Positions 25,440-37,959 of a DNA stretch of 64,000 nucleotides are shown here, piece by piece. Below the pieces are notes generated by a model, which worked only from the letters and a program-made list of their open reading frames with translations, was not told the origin of the DNA and did no database searches. Source of the DNA: Catajapyx aquilonaris (Eukaryota); NCBI GenBank assembly GCA_000934665.2, contig KZ538102.1, positions 1-64,000 of the forward strand, in the 5' to 3' direction. The position numbers were made by a program, and so were the translations under genes. Each line of letters begins with the position of its first letter. Position 1 is the stretch's first letter.

Positions 25440-28074
25440 ATGGCAACAAGAGTGCAAGACTTAAGTGAAGCTCAGAGAAAAGCATATCAGAAGGTAGGAG
25501 ACAGCATTTGTTATCTCATATTATTGTAGTGTATTGTGTGTCTGGAATCATTCTTCCAGCGTGATATAATAATAAAAAAATCGAATTCCGTATACACCAA
25601 TCTGATATGTCCCAATAGTTTGACATCTTGGCAGAATGTTACATCACACACATTTCTTTGAGTACACTTCCAAGATAACAGTATTGATATTCAGTTCACA
25701 GAACTCGTGTCAGACTGTATTCAGCCTCATCACAACGATGAGTACCTATTCAAATGGTTCAAAGGTATCGGTGTCAATTGTGAACATTCTACTCCGTCTA
25801 AAATTCTAATAACTTTAAATTTGCAGTTAAAAAATTTGACTCAAAGAAGGCGGCTGACATGTTCCGTGACGTAAGTAAGCAAGATCATCAACGCCATGAT
25901 CCCCTGCCTCTAACTGCAAGTCATTTTTTGACCCTTCCAGTCAATGAAGTGGAGAGAGAAGAACGGAGTTGACCACATTTTGGAAATGTGGGAACCACTT
26001 AAGCATCTCGAACAGCTAACCACTCATGGACATGTTGGCTATTCGAAGATCGGCTACCCAGGTTTGGAAAAAATGATGTAACTTACATATCAGTTTAAAC
26101 TACATCATCCTAATATTTCAGTGTGGTTAATTCCTCCTGGACGACTAGATGTGAAAGCTCTGTTTTCATCGGTTCCTTTAGAAGACATACTGCTCACATC
26201 AATTCATAGATTTGAAAGCATGAGGAAAGTAGAGCAGGAACAGAGCCAAAGACTGGGAAGGGATGTATCGAAAAGGATCATGATAATTGACTTGGAAGGC
26301 ATGGATTACTCACTTGCAATGAATCCAATACGTAATTATTGAATTTTTGATCTCAGGGGGGTAAATATTATTACATTTATTATAACCGAAATATTTGGAG
26401 AATTTTGTAGTTTGAGAAACAGTGAATACCGTATATATATTACGCCCCTAAATGTCAATTATCATATCACAAATATTGCCTCCAAAAATGCAGAAAGATA
26501 TCAGCAGCTTTTGCAAGCATCTGTAATTATCGCGTCCTTGAGAGAGTACATTTGTCTATGGACTTTATACTGTATTCTAAGCATTTTACTTACGTAGGAT
26601 GTGTGAATAAAAAACGTCCATAATATATGTAGGTACTGGATGACCTTCTCACGATTCAAGTGTAGGCCTACTGCAGATGAATGTGTAGTACTTTGCAGCA
26701 AGAAAAAAAAAATCTGAGTATTGCATAATTGATTAGAAAATATGTTATCATTGACTTTTTTAACGTTGACCACGTGAAGTCTGTGTCGTTTTGTCGTATG
26801 TGAATATCCCATGGTGACGGGATATTGCAATTTGCTTTTCAACCACAAGATGACGGCATGTACTCCAAGTTACATCTCGGTGGTAAATGCCATCTGGTGG
26901 AAGCTTGGAGCAGCTTGGAGCTCCACATATAAATTTCGGTATTTTTTGTGTGTCCGATCCCCTTCGATTTGATGAATCGCATAGAAATAGACACAATGTT
27001 CGAAACATGTTTATGTAGAGACATAATTTATTGCATACCTATGGTTAAGTTATTCATACTAATGTTGTTAATGAAACTGAATATTTGGGTTTATTATTCC
27101 AATTTGCAGTGTGGAAACTTGCAGTGCGACATAGCCACATAATTTCTACCAATTATCCTGATTCTCTGGAATCTGTGATATTTGTTAATTGTAAGTAAGC
27201 CTAATACAATATTTTACTGTAACATCACTTAATTAATGTCCAGCTAAAGTTATTCTGCATTCATTATGGCTTAACTTTCAGGTCCATCATTTATCACCTT
27301 GCCTTATAGAGCTATTAGACCTTTGGTGAGTGAGTGGATCATTAGCAAGGTGCATCTGTACGGTACAGACAGGTCTGTATGGGTCCCTGCTCTTCTGGAA
27401 AAGATTGATGCTGATCAATTACCAAAACACTGGGGTGGAACTTGTGTCGATGCTGATGGTGATCCTCGATGCCCTTCCAAGGTATGGCCTAAAACACTAC
27501 CATAAACCATTAATCATACTAATTTACACTTCTCCTTACAGGTTTGCGTAGGTTTTGACCTTCCAAAGTCAATTTATTTGAAGGATCCACAAATTCTGGC
27601 TCAAAAAGGGCTGAAATCAATAACAGTTGACATTTGCAGCAAAAGTCAATTAAATGTGGAGGTAACCAGAAATAATTCGGTATTGAAGTAAGTTTTTTGG
27701 CACCCAAACAATATTACATCGATTACATGATTTTATATAAGATCTAAGTCACAATATCCTATTTATATACAGGTGGATATTTTATTCGGATGGTGCAGAC
27801 ATCACATTTACGATTCATCGAAGTCATTCGAAGGGATTGATTGAAGTTGTCAGCTATCCACGGATTAAGTGCTACTTCAAATTAGTAGAGGGTGAGATTG
27901 AACTGCTGGAATCTGGACAATGTAAGAATCTCCTGACTACGCAACAAAACAATTGCAAAAAATAATGTGCATTACATTTTTTCAGATGTTGTGACGTTCG
28001 ACAATAGTTACTACAAATTAAAAGCGAAGACCATATCATATTCCGTAGTCGTCATGCCATCAGTTAAACAGTAG
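25440..28074 (+). CDS. SEC14-like protein, copy D (10 exons; alternative ATG at 25428)
   Basis: MATRVQDLSE..., PPGRLDVK, DLEG, NYPD, PKHWGGTCVDADGDPRCPSK, FDNSYYKL. Confidence 0.88.
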
Positions 28075-28988
28075 CAAAAATAATTCTGCTACTCATCCTT
28101 CATATTATAAATAAAAATTATCATATATGTCTGACATTTTTAATGATAAAGAACATACGTGTTGTATAGCATGTGTTGTTTGCAGTTATTACAAATCAAA
28201 ACATTTCCTCATACGTTTCCCTTGAATGCTTCGTGATCACGCGTGTGTTTATGAGTCAGAATACTTCAAGTAAGTGGAACAATCACCTCTGTACACATAA
28301 TCACGAGACACTCGCACTCCCAAGTCTCACCAATTTCTTTCATGATCTTTCAGCACTGAATTACCCGCGTCTTGTCACATTGCAAGCAAGTAGCAATAAA
28401 TAATACTGTTATGAAAATATGAGTAATACTGACTCTAAACATTACCTATGAAGAAATCGCTGTTCTGTACCATTGCACCTTAAACCTGTAAAACTCGAAA
28501 CACGACGAGGCTTTTCTCTTGCAGTCATAAGGCAGTTGGACAGGTTGTGTGGTCACACAAATGACGCCGTTTTGGGGGTGAAATGTGCTGTGTACATACA
28601 GCAAGAATGTCCCAAAAAAATGCAAATACATGTATATGTTAAAGAGCATTGACCTGCTCATTGTTGTGAAAATAAAATATCATTTTCAAGCTGTTTTTGT
28701 CGGGTCAACCGATGTAGGTCACAGGCACACTTTCTTCCGGCATATCCTCAACGATTTTTTTTTGTCTGACCACACGAAGTGTCAATTTAATTTTCGGATT
28801 AAACCCAATTAGAACTTTTTTTATTTAAAATATGTCATAAAATTGGGAGTGATATGGGGGGGGGGGAAATCTGGCAGCCTATAACTGAATTGTTAACTCT
28901 ATCGAAGCATCACATGATTGCTTGACCTCCTTTCTATCTGAACTAACACTATCTCTTTCGCGACTTGTGGTGAGAATAACATCGTCTG

Positions 28989-31341
28989 ATGGACAACGAG
29001 GAGCTCTGCCGACTTCAGGGAGACTCTCTGAAAAAGGTATGGAATTATTTATATGTAATAAGTCGTACTGTACCTTCAGACTGGTTCATTGTTAAGATGA
29101 GGTGCACAATAATAATTATAAGAGTAAATTAATAAAATGAGAAAAATAAACATGTTACATATTAAAGTCCACATGACAGTCTTATGTAACATGTTTATAG
29201 AGTCACAAAGGTTATTTGAAATGTCCCAATTTTGAGCTTCAATAGTCACAGATCATTTCACTAATTTAAAATTTTATCAGTAACCAGTTTAGAAAAGAAA
29301 CAATGTTGCCCTGATTGTTGTTCCCAACGGGTTTGCACTTAATACTGGTTGAGAACCGGTAATTAAAAAGAAGGTTTCTTTCAGTTTAGAGAGCTCCTGT
29401 CAGATGTATTGCAAGCGAAACACAATGACATCGTCCTCCTCAAATTTCTCAGAGGTATTGTTTTTTTGGATCCAGGAAACATTCCTAATCTACGTGCTCT
29501 ATTATCACTTTTTAATTGCAGTGCAAAGATTTGACCTACAAAAGGCAGAAAAAATGTTTCGCGAGGTTTGTACCTTTTTAATAATATTTGAATAGGCAAA
29601 CAGATTTTAATCTATGCATATTCTCAGAATCAAGATTGGCGAATTAAGTATGGAATAGACCACATCTTTGAAATGTGGGATCCTCCTGAGAAATATAAAG
29701 TGTTCGACCGTGGAAATGTAGGTAACGACAAGAAAGGAAATCCTGGTCAGTAAATATGATATTACTTTCACTTAACACTAATATAATAATATGATAATGA
29801 TGCGACCTATTATTTGTGACACGTAACAACAAAATTAGTATGTGAAATATTTTTTTCCAGTACTTATATTTCCACTTGGACGCTGGGACATGAAGGGGTT
29901 GTTATCCTCATGTCTAGTTGAAGACTATGCACTTTACATGGTAGTTATCGTTGAAAGGATGTGGCTGGAAGCAAGGAAGATGGAAGAGAAAACAGGTTAC
30001 TTCCCACAATCGAGCACTGTCATTTTGGATATGGAAGGATTTGATCACTCAACACTCTTCTGGAAACCTGGTGTGTGAAACACCATGCACTTGTTCATAT
30101 TTTGGTAATAAATCCAATCACATTACAGTTTGGCAACTGGCAATATTCCTGAGCCACATATTTAGTGCAAACTACCCACTCTCCATGAGCCGTTTATTTG
30201 CAATCAACTGTGAGTATTGTACTCTACAATTATTCATTTAACTACCTTTGATGATATTTTTCAGGTCTTCCAGTGGCACCGTATGCTTACTACATGCTGA
30301 AACCCCTCCTGAATGAAAGTGTCAGCAGTGTCTTGCAGGTATTCAGTTCAGACAAATCCAAGTGGTTGCCTGCCATACTTGAAGTGGTGGATGAAAATCA
30401 GTTGCCTAAGCACTGGGGTGGAACATGCGTGGATCCTGATGGGGATCCTTTTTGCCCTTCTAAGGTCAGTCACGATAATTGTCATACTCTAGTTCCTTAA
30501 CCAACTCTTTATCGCCAGTTGCCCATTGAGAAAAGGTCACATTTTTTTACATAAATATGATTCGTAATCAGGATGTATTTGGCCTACTTTGGTCCTATCC
30601 CAATATTTTTTGCAGATTTTTTAAAAAATGATTGATGTTGTTCACAGGTTTGTTTGTGATGTTGTTCACAGGTTTGTTTGTGATGTTGTTCACAGGTTTG
30701 TTTGTGATGTTGTTCACAGGTTTGTTTGTGATGTTGTTCACAGGTTTGTTTGTGATGTTGTTCACAGGTTTGTTTGTGATGTTGTTCACAGGTTTGTTTG
30801 TGATGTTGTTCACAGGTTTGTTTGTGATGTTGTTCACAGGTTTGTTTGGGAATAGAATTTCCTAAGGATGAATACATGGCGCATATGACAAGTCTCATTG
30901 CGCATAGATGTTCAGAAAAAGTACAGGTGCCAAATGGATCTGCTGTGGAGGTTAATGTGGAAGTGGAAGATGAAGGTGTAACACTAAGGTTTGTTTCCTG
31001 TTTGTATAGTGTGATTACAAGGTTAATATTCTGCAATTTTTTTGTGTAATAGTTGGGCGTTCTACACTGATGGATACAACATTGATTTTATGGTGCATCG
31101 AGAAGGTGACACTTATACAGAGGAAGTGATTCCGAAAAGACGAATCGAAAGCTACTTTACACTTGTGGAGGGATCAGTCTTGTGCACACAACCTGGAAAT
31201 TGTATGTCTCAAAATAGGAATTATGTGGCTTACGCATTTAATGATCTTTATTTATTTTCAGATATCGTGACATTCGACAACAGTTACTACAAATTGAGAA
31301 GCAAAAATATATGGTACTCTATGGAGATTTCGTCACCTTAG
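28989..31341 (+). CDS. SEC14-like protein, copy E (10 exons; exon-8 acceptor tandemly repeated)
   Basis: LLKFLR, GRWDMKG, NYP, PKHWGG...CPSK, VCLGIEFPK, FDNSYYKL. Confidence 0.85.
30633..30848 (+). repeat. Perfect 24-bp tandem repeat x9 (tgatgttgttcacaggtttgtttg) spanning an intron/exon boundary
   Basis: cag ends at 30647, 30671, 30695, 30719, 30743, 30767, 30791, 30815, 30839. Confidence 0.97.
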
Positions 31342-31527
31342 GTGTCTCCATACAGAATTATTAGTTGTTACAAGGTCATACTGTAGTAAGTTAGTGTGAG
31401 ATACTACAAGGTATGTCTGTAGTTGTCGTTATCTTTAAATGGTTGTATCTCATTACTTACAGTAGATTAGTGCATTATAAATCACACTGCGGTTTATTAT
31501 AATAATATCCCAATACTTCATCGTATA

Positions 31528-31824
31528 TCTATATAAATAAATCCGTTTGTGAGTCTGTCTGTATGTCTGTCCGCCTGCCAACCGTCATTTTCCAGCCATC
31601 TGTGCTCCACCCCCAGGCCGGGAGAGGATGGAGGTGTTGGAGGTTGAGTACAGATGGCAGGCAAATGACGGTTGGCGTTATACAGGCGGGAAGGTGTTGG
31701 AGTAGCAGGACCACAGATGGCATTGGTGGGCGGACACACAGAAAGACAGACAGTTGACGGGGGTACTGGCCGGTGTTTTCCCTTCATTCATTTCTTCCCG
31801 GGCAACGCCGGGTGCCGCAGCTAG
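31528..31824 (+). mobile_element. Non-autonomous Helitron
   Basis: 5' TC(tatataaat), (gtct)n, 3' hairpin cccgggcaacgccggg then CTAG, inserted between A and T. Confidence 0.85.
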
Positions 31825-33013
31825 TATAGGATAACTTTGAGGAACGTTAGTTTGGAGCAGGCGTATAGGAGTTTCTGTCGTATGTAACGGAAACCCTGTA
31901 TGGTAATTTTTAAGGAACGGACAGGTAGTTGGAACACAATGGAATGACATCTTGAAACAATAAAGTGTTGCTTCCTCTTTGAAGAGTGTTGTATTACTGA
32001 ATTCTTTGGCAAATAGAAATGAAGGCATGACATGCAGAACTAGAATGGGTTGGTGATATGATGGTTTAAGTTTTAAGATTTCATTATATCATGTCTGTGT
32101 GTAAGTATCAAGGTTTGTACAGCGACTTTCTCTCTGTCTTTTTGAATGGCAGTCGCTTAATATAAAAATATGTGTTTAATTAACCTTTATTTGTTTTGCA
32201 ATTCCTGAAAACTGGTTTTGTAAACACCGAGTTGTGACTTTCCTTTCTGTAATCCAATGTTGTTTACAGTCCACATTTTTCTTACAGTTAGTTAAAAGGC
32301 AAAATTGTGCGCATACAATATGGTACTTTCAAATGCAATTTAATGCAGTGTCATTTAGGTCAAGTACGATGCCATTAATACTGGCAAATATTTCAGGTCT
32401 GTGACTTTTTAAAGCGGTAAAGGTATTTCAGAGATGGTCAACTCCCACTTGTTCCTTACCAAACGTCTTACTATAGTGATTATGGCCTGTATCCAAGGGT
32501 AAACTTGTATCTGTACTTTGCTCATGTCACTGGTTAGCACTCCATCGTACGTTGCCCATCAGATAGACTCTAGTGACAATGACCTGGAACAGTAGCATTG
32601 GCAATGGAAACATCAAACAAGGACAAAATGATGCTCCCATTCCATCTATATTATTGAAGCACTCTCATCATCTGTGTTTCAGAATATTTCTGACAAAGTT
32701 GTAGAGTAAACCATTTACCAGAAAATCATGTTATGTAGAGTAGGCCTATTCATCCTGAAAGACTTTTGGGTGCAAATATTCTAATCATACATTTGGATGG
32801 ATTGGACTTGTCAATGGCAAGTCAATATTTACACAGCTAATCAAAGTTCATGAAGTTTGTACACAATTTCCATGTAAAGTTTCGGAATCACCGTATCAGA
32901 TTAGGAGTCTATAAAAGCTGGTGGCAACTTATCGCTGCTCCTAGACAGAAACTAAAGCGGCTAGACAGGACGTTGTTTACATATCCGACTGGCATTTGTA
33001 TATTTTTGACACT

Positions 33014-34802
33014 ATGACTGACCTGAAGGATTTAAGTATTCATCAAGCAGAGTCGCTTCAGAGGGTGAGTATCTGCGCTCACAATCAAGCACAGGATGTT
33101 CAGCCATTTTTGAACCCTTTTTCCCTCTTCAGTTACGGGAAATGGCGTCTGATATTATAAAGCCAGAACATCATGACCACTACCTTTTTCGGTGGTTGCA
33201 AGGTCAGTGTGAAATGAATTTTAAATAGCATTTAAATATATATTACAACTAAACTATTACAGCGTGTAACTTTGATCCGAACAAGACTTTATCCATGTTG
33301 CGAAAGGTTAGTAATACAATACAACTGCATTCGTGCCCTACAGTGTACTGTATATGAAAAAAATTATTGCCAATTCCGGAATTTTCTGATTTTTTTATAT
33401 ATTTCACTATTGTCAATGCCAACGTTCATTTCAGTCATTCGCTTGGAGACAAAAATTTGGTATCGATGAAATAATAGACACATATGAGGCTCCTCTTCTA
33501 TGTGACGATTGGATGAACATGTCGTCTGTTGGACAAGACAAGGACGGTTGCCCTCGTACGTATGCAGAAAATTAGCACTTCAATAATAGGATTTCAAACT
33601 CAAATTTTAAAATGCAGTATGGATCATCCCTGCTGGTAGCTGGGATCTGAAGGGACTGTTTTCATCAATACCATTGGAGGAAATTATTCTGGTTACAATA
33701 CATCACGCGGAACGTTTCCTGAAGAAAGTGGAAGAGAAATGGAGGAAAGAAGGTCGATATGTGTGGAAACAAACTGCAATTCTTGACATGGAAGGTCTAG
33801 ATTACACTCTTGCATTTTGGAAACCAGGTAAGTACACCTTTCGCACATAATTAAATCTTTTTTTGATTAAATATTGAATCATTCACAGCTTGGAAAATGA
33901 CAATCAATCTCACGCAAATGATGTCATCAAATTATCCGGATCCGCTTAACAAAGTGATCATCATCAATGGTAATGTATCGCATATAACATGTTGGCTACA
34001 GCAATAACATTTAATTACAAAAAAAATTTCAGCGCCGAATTTTCTGGCGACAATTTTTTCAATATTGAGGCCTTCTCTGGGCGAATCAATAAGAAAGAAG
34101 TTGCAGGTCTTCAATAATGACAGATCGAAATGGATACCTGCCATTATGGAAATAGCTGACCCCAATGAATTTCCAAAATACTGGGGAGGAAACTGTGTGG
34201 ATCCGGATGGCAATCCCAAGTGCCCTTCAAAAGTAAGTGTTGGCTTTGATGCTGTATAACTTAATGTTGACACTAATGCCATGTTGGATTTAGGTCCTCC
34301 TCTTAGATAAGGTGCCCTTAACAGAATACATCTCGAGAAAAACAAGTTCTTTGGGAAAGTCATTCAAAAAGGTTGTCATAAAAAATGGCGACACTTTCGA
34401 ATTGGAAGTTCGAGTGTCACGTACAGGTGTCACTCTAAAGTAAGTAACGTGCTTTGGTGTTTTCAATCATTCATATCAGGATTCCAAAATGTTTTAAAAC
34501 TGTAGGTGGATGTTCTACACTGATGGAATGAGCATTGACTTTTCTATGAATCGTCGCGATTCAGCAAACAACACTGAAGAAATCGTGCCAAACACTAGGA
34601 TGAAAAGCTTCTATACACTCCTCCAAGGAGAGGTGACATGTTCAACAGAAGGAACATGTAAGCATTATTTATACTGAATAGGTATAAATGAGACGTAGGC
34701 CTATAATATTTCCGATAAATAATTTCAGATGTGATGACATTCGACAATAGTTACTACAAACTAAGGAGCAAATTCCTGTGGTATTCAGTACAAGCAATCT
34801 GA
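33014..34802 (+). CDS. SEC14-like protein, copy F (10 exons)
   Basis: TATA-like tataaaa at ~32910; GSWDLKG, NYPD, PKYWGG...CPSK, FDNSYYKL. Confidence 0.88.
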
Positions 34803-35177
34803 GGTGAAGATGCTTGTTAGTACATGATTTGCCATTAATTAATTAGCAATTAATAAACATGTGTATCATTAAAAATCCAAATAAACAGAGCAGATGACAT
34901 GACTGTCGTATCAGTATACGTTGACCGATATTGCATGTATGAATTTCATATCACAAAATGTAGGATGTGGTGACATATTTTCAAGTCTGCCTCACATTTA
35001 CAGCAGTTTACAAACGCCAACAATACAAAGGTCGTGGCCGGGGGGTATCAATCGAATATCTTAGTTCGCGTTACAGGGAAAGAGATTAGATAAATCTCAG
35101 GTCATTCGATACCCTATATATACTGTAGCATGCCTCGTTGATGTTACTTGGCAGAACTTGGAACTGAAGTGTATACC

Positions 35178-37025
35178 ATGGTGCCTTTAACGCAACAACA
35201 GCAGAAAGCGCTGGAGAAGGTACGTGTCAATTATCTGTCATATTCAACAAAATTAGAAGTGGTAACTGATATAATCATATGAAGACCTAATATTGAGTGA
35301 GGCGAAACTAAGATTTTTTTTGTTATTTCAGTTTAAGGAATCTGTGTCTGGTTTGTTGGAATCCAGTGGTCTACTGGTCCCTGAGAAATATTATGACCAA
35401 TATCTTTTGAAATGGCTGGCAGGTACTGAACATCATTATTTTTTCTGTATTTTTCCTGTAACATGAAGTGCATCACTTGATAAAATGCAACGAATAGTGA
35501 AGAAAGTTGCATCACTTGATTTTTTTTTAAGAAAAACATTCATTTCAGTGCGCAACTATGACCCCAAGAAGACGGAGTCCAAGTTTCTCGAGGTTTGCAT
35601 AACTTGTGTCGATTTTAAGAAAATATTTTTCATCCACTTACCATTTTTTAAAATTGTGTGATAGTGTCTGGCTTGGAGAAAAGAACATGGAGTTAACAAT
35701 ATTTTCGAAACTTGGAAGCCTCCTGAAGTGCTAAAACCATATGCGACACCAATGATCGGACATGACAAAGATGGCTGTTCAGGTACAGGATACTGTACCA
35801 ATATGACGTATGCTATAGTAAATATCTATCTTACTGTAGTTTGGATATACCCTGTGGGCCAGTTGGACATCAAAGGATTCTTGATGTCGCTTGTGATCGA
35901 AGATGGGACATTGCAAGTAGTACATGACATGGAGAAATCCATGTATGACGCGAAGATGCAAAGCGAAAAGCTGGGGACTTACATATCCCACCATACGTCC
36001 ATTATTGACTTCGAAGGTTTGGATTACACCATCGCCTTTTGGAGACCAGGTAACAATACAGTGGGTTCACACAGGCATCCACATACATCAATGTCTCTTT
36101 TCACAGCTTGGAAACTGGCTATGGAAGTTTGTCACCTGATGGAATCTTACTATCCTGATTCATTTAACAAAATATTCATCATTAATGGTAAGGACAATGG
36201 TTGGTCAATAAGGCTGTTTCTGACCACAGTTACATTTTGCAGGTCCTAAATTCTTCCCAGTCGTTTATTCACTGGTAAAACCACTTCTGAGCGAATCAAT
36301 CAGTAGCAAATTCCAAGTGTTTGATTCGGATAGATCCAAGTGGGTTCCTGCTATATTGGAAGCCATAGACCCGAGCCAGTTGCCTAAACATTGGGGAGGA
36401 ACCATGGTGGACCCAGATGGTGATCCGCGATGTCCATCAAAAGTCAGTAGGCCATCCATCACACTCTGAATTATATTGTTCATCTTATTCTTTCATTTGA
36501 CTCTTCATAGATATGGACTGGCGGGAAAATACCAAAGTCAATGTACTTCAAATGCAAATCAGATCCACGTGATGTGCATCTGCGGAAGGAGGTGGTTCAA
36601 AATGGAGAAAAATTTGAAGTAGAGCTGACCTTACATGAAACTGACTCTAAAATAAAGTAGGCCTCTAGCAGAATCTGATAGTAGATGAAGGTTCTAATAC
36701 GAAACTGGGTCTCATTAGGTGGATGTTCAAGACTGATGGAAGGGACATAGGCTTTGTTATCCACTACAAAAGTCTCACTGGACCTAATGATGTGATACAT
36801 CCCTACTCTATTGTTGAATGTGATCATGAAATTGTTGAAGGAGAGATTAGTGGGTTAAAAAGTGGCAGATGTGAGTTTTCCACCACCATCTACACATACA
36901 TCATTCTCACCATCATCTCTATTTATTTACTTATTTTTATTATCGTTCCAGATATGGCGACATTTGATAACAGCTACTACAAGCTAAGGAAAAAAGTATT
37001 GTACTATTATTTAGAAATATTTTAG
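35178..37025 (+). CDS. SEC14-like protein, copy G (10 exons)
   Basis: YLLKWL, GHDKDG, DFEG, YYPD, PKHWGG...CPSK, FDNSYYKL. Confidence 0.88.
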
Positions 37026-37959
37026 TAAGCATATGATCTTTATCATGTCAGAGATGGCAATGTTGTAATTACTGCGCGTAATTTACAGCAATAAAACTGT
37101 TTTTATTACATTGGTTGCTCCCAAAAAAAAAGTATTTGTCGTTTTTACAATTACTTTCGCACAGGAAAGTTATGATGAATCACCTTCGTGTCATTCATGA
37201 CGCAACAGCTGTCCATAATTATTTTTTTGACAGTTTTTATGTGAGAATCAGCTGATAAATCACAAAATGAGTACACTGAGAAACACGCTATCTACAAATT
37301 GCAGGATTGTCAATTATTGCACTATCATTATTAAGGGGATTTTTTCCATTTATCCCCCGAGAGGGTGTTGGCCTGCAGATAAATTGCTAAGAGTGACCTC
37401 TCGGATTTCCCCCTCCCATTATAGGGATGACGTCCGAAAAGGTCATTCACAAAATGTTGTTTTTGTTTTTGAAAAAATAGTCTGAAGGTCATCTCGGTGG
37501 AGGTTCATGCTCTTGTTCATGCTCCATGTTCATGCACCATTTGGTGATGAGGATTTGATCAGGTCTGATCCTGTCCGTATTTTGGCGCGTGTTTATACCA
37601 TCGCCATTTGGTGACCCAGTATCGCCCATCATTGGCTCATTCTTGTCTGACTCACAACGTCACTCCATTTGGTGTGTCTTCCTTATATTATATTTGCAAA
37701 AAAAAAAAGTTGCTTGGTCCGACATCATGCAGCAGGACAAACAACCCCGTACCAGTGGTTGGATCATCACTTTTGTGCAACCAGCATAAGCTGTCAAGGT
37801 GATCCTCTTTCTTCCACTTTTTGTAGGTGATAATTGCGTGCTTTCAATGGTCAGTAATTAATTACGTTTGTTGCGAAAGAGGAGTTCCCCAGGGTGCTGG
37901 TACGACGGCCTGCTTAAAAGGTACCTCCAGTCCGCATAGACCCAACGTGCGAGCGAGCC

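Noticed and set aside
30633..30848. CRISPR-like array or repeat-protein ORFs (DVVHRFVC, QTCEQHHK)
   Set aside because: No spacers, eukaryotic context; the ORFs are by-products of a 24-bp tandem repeat
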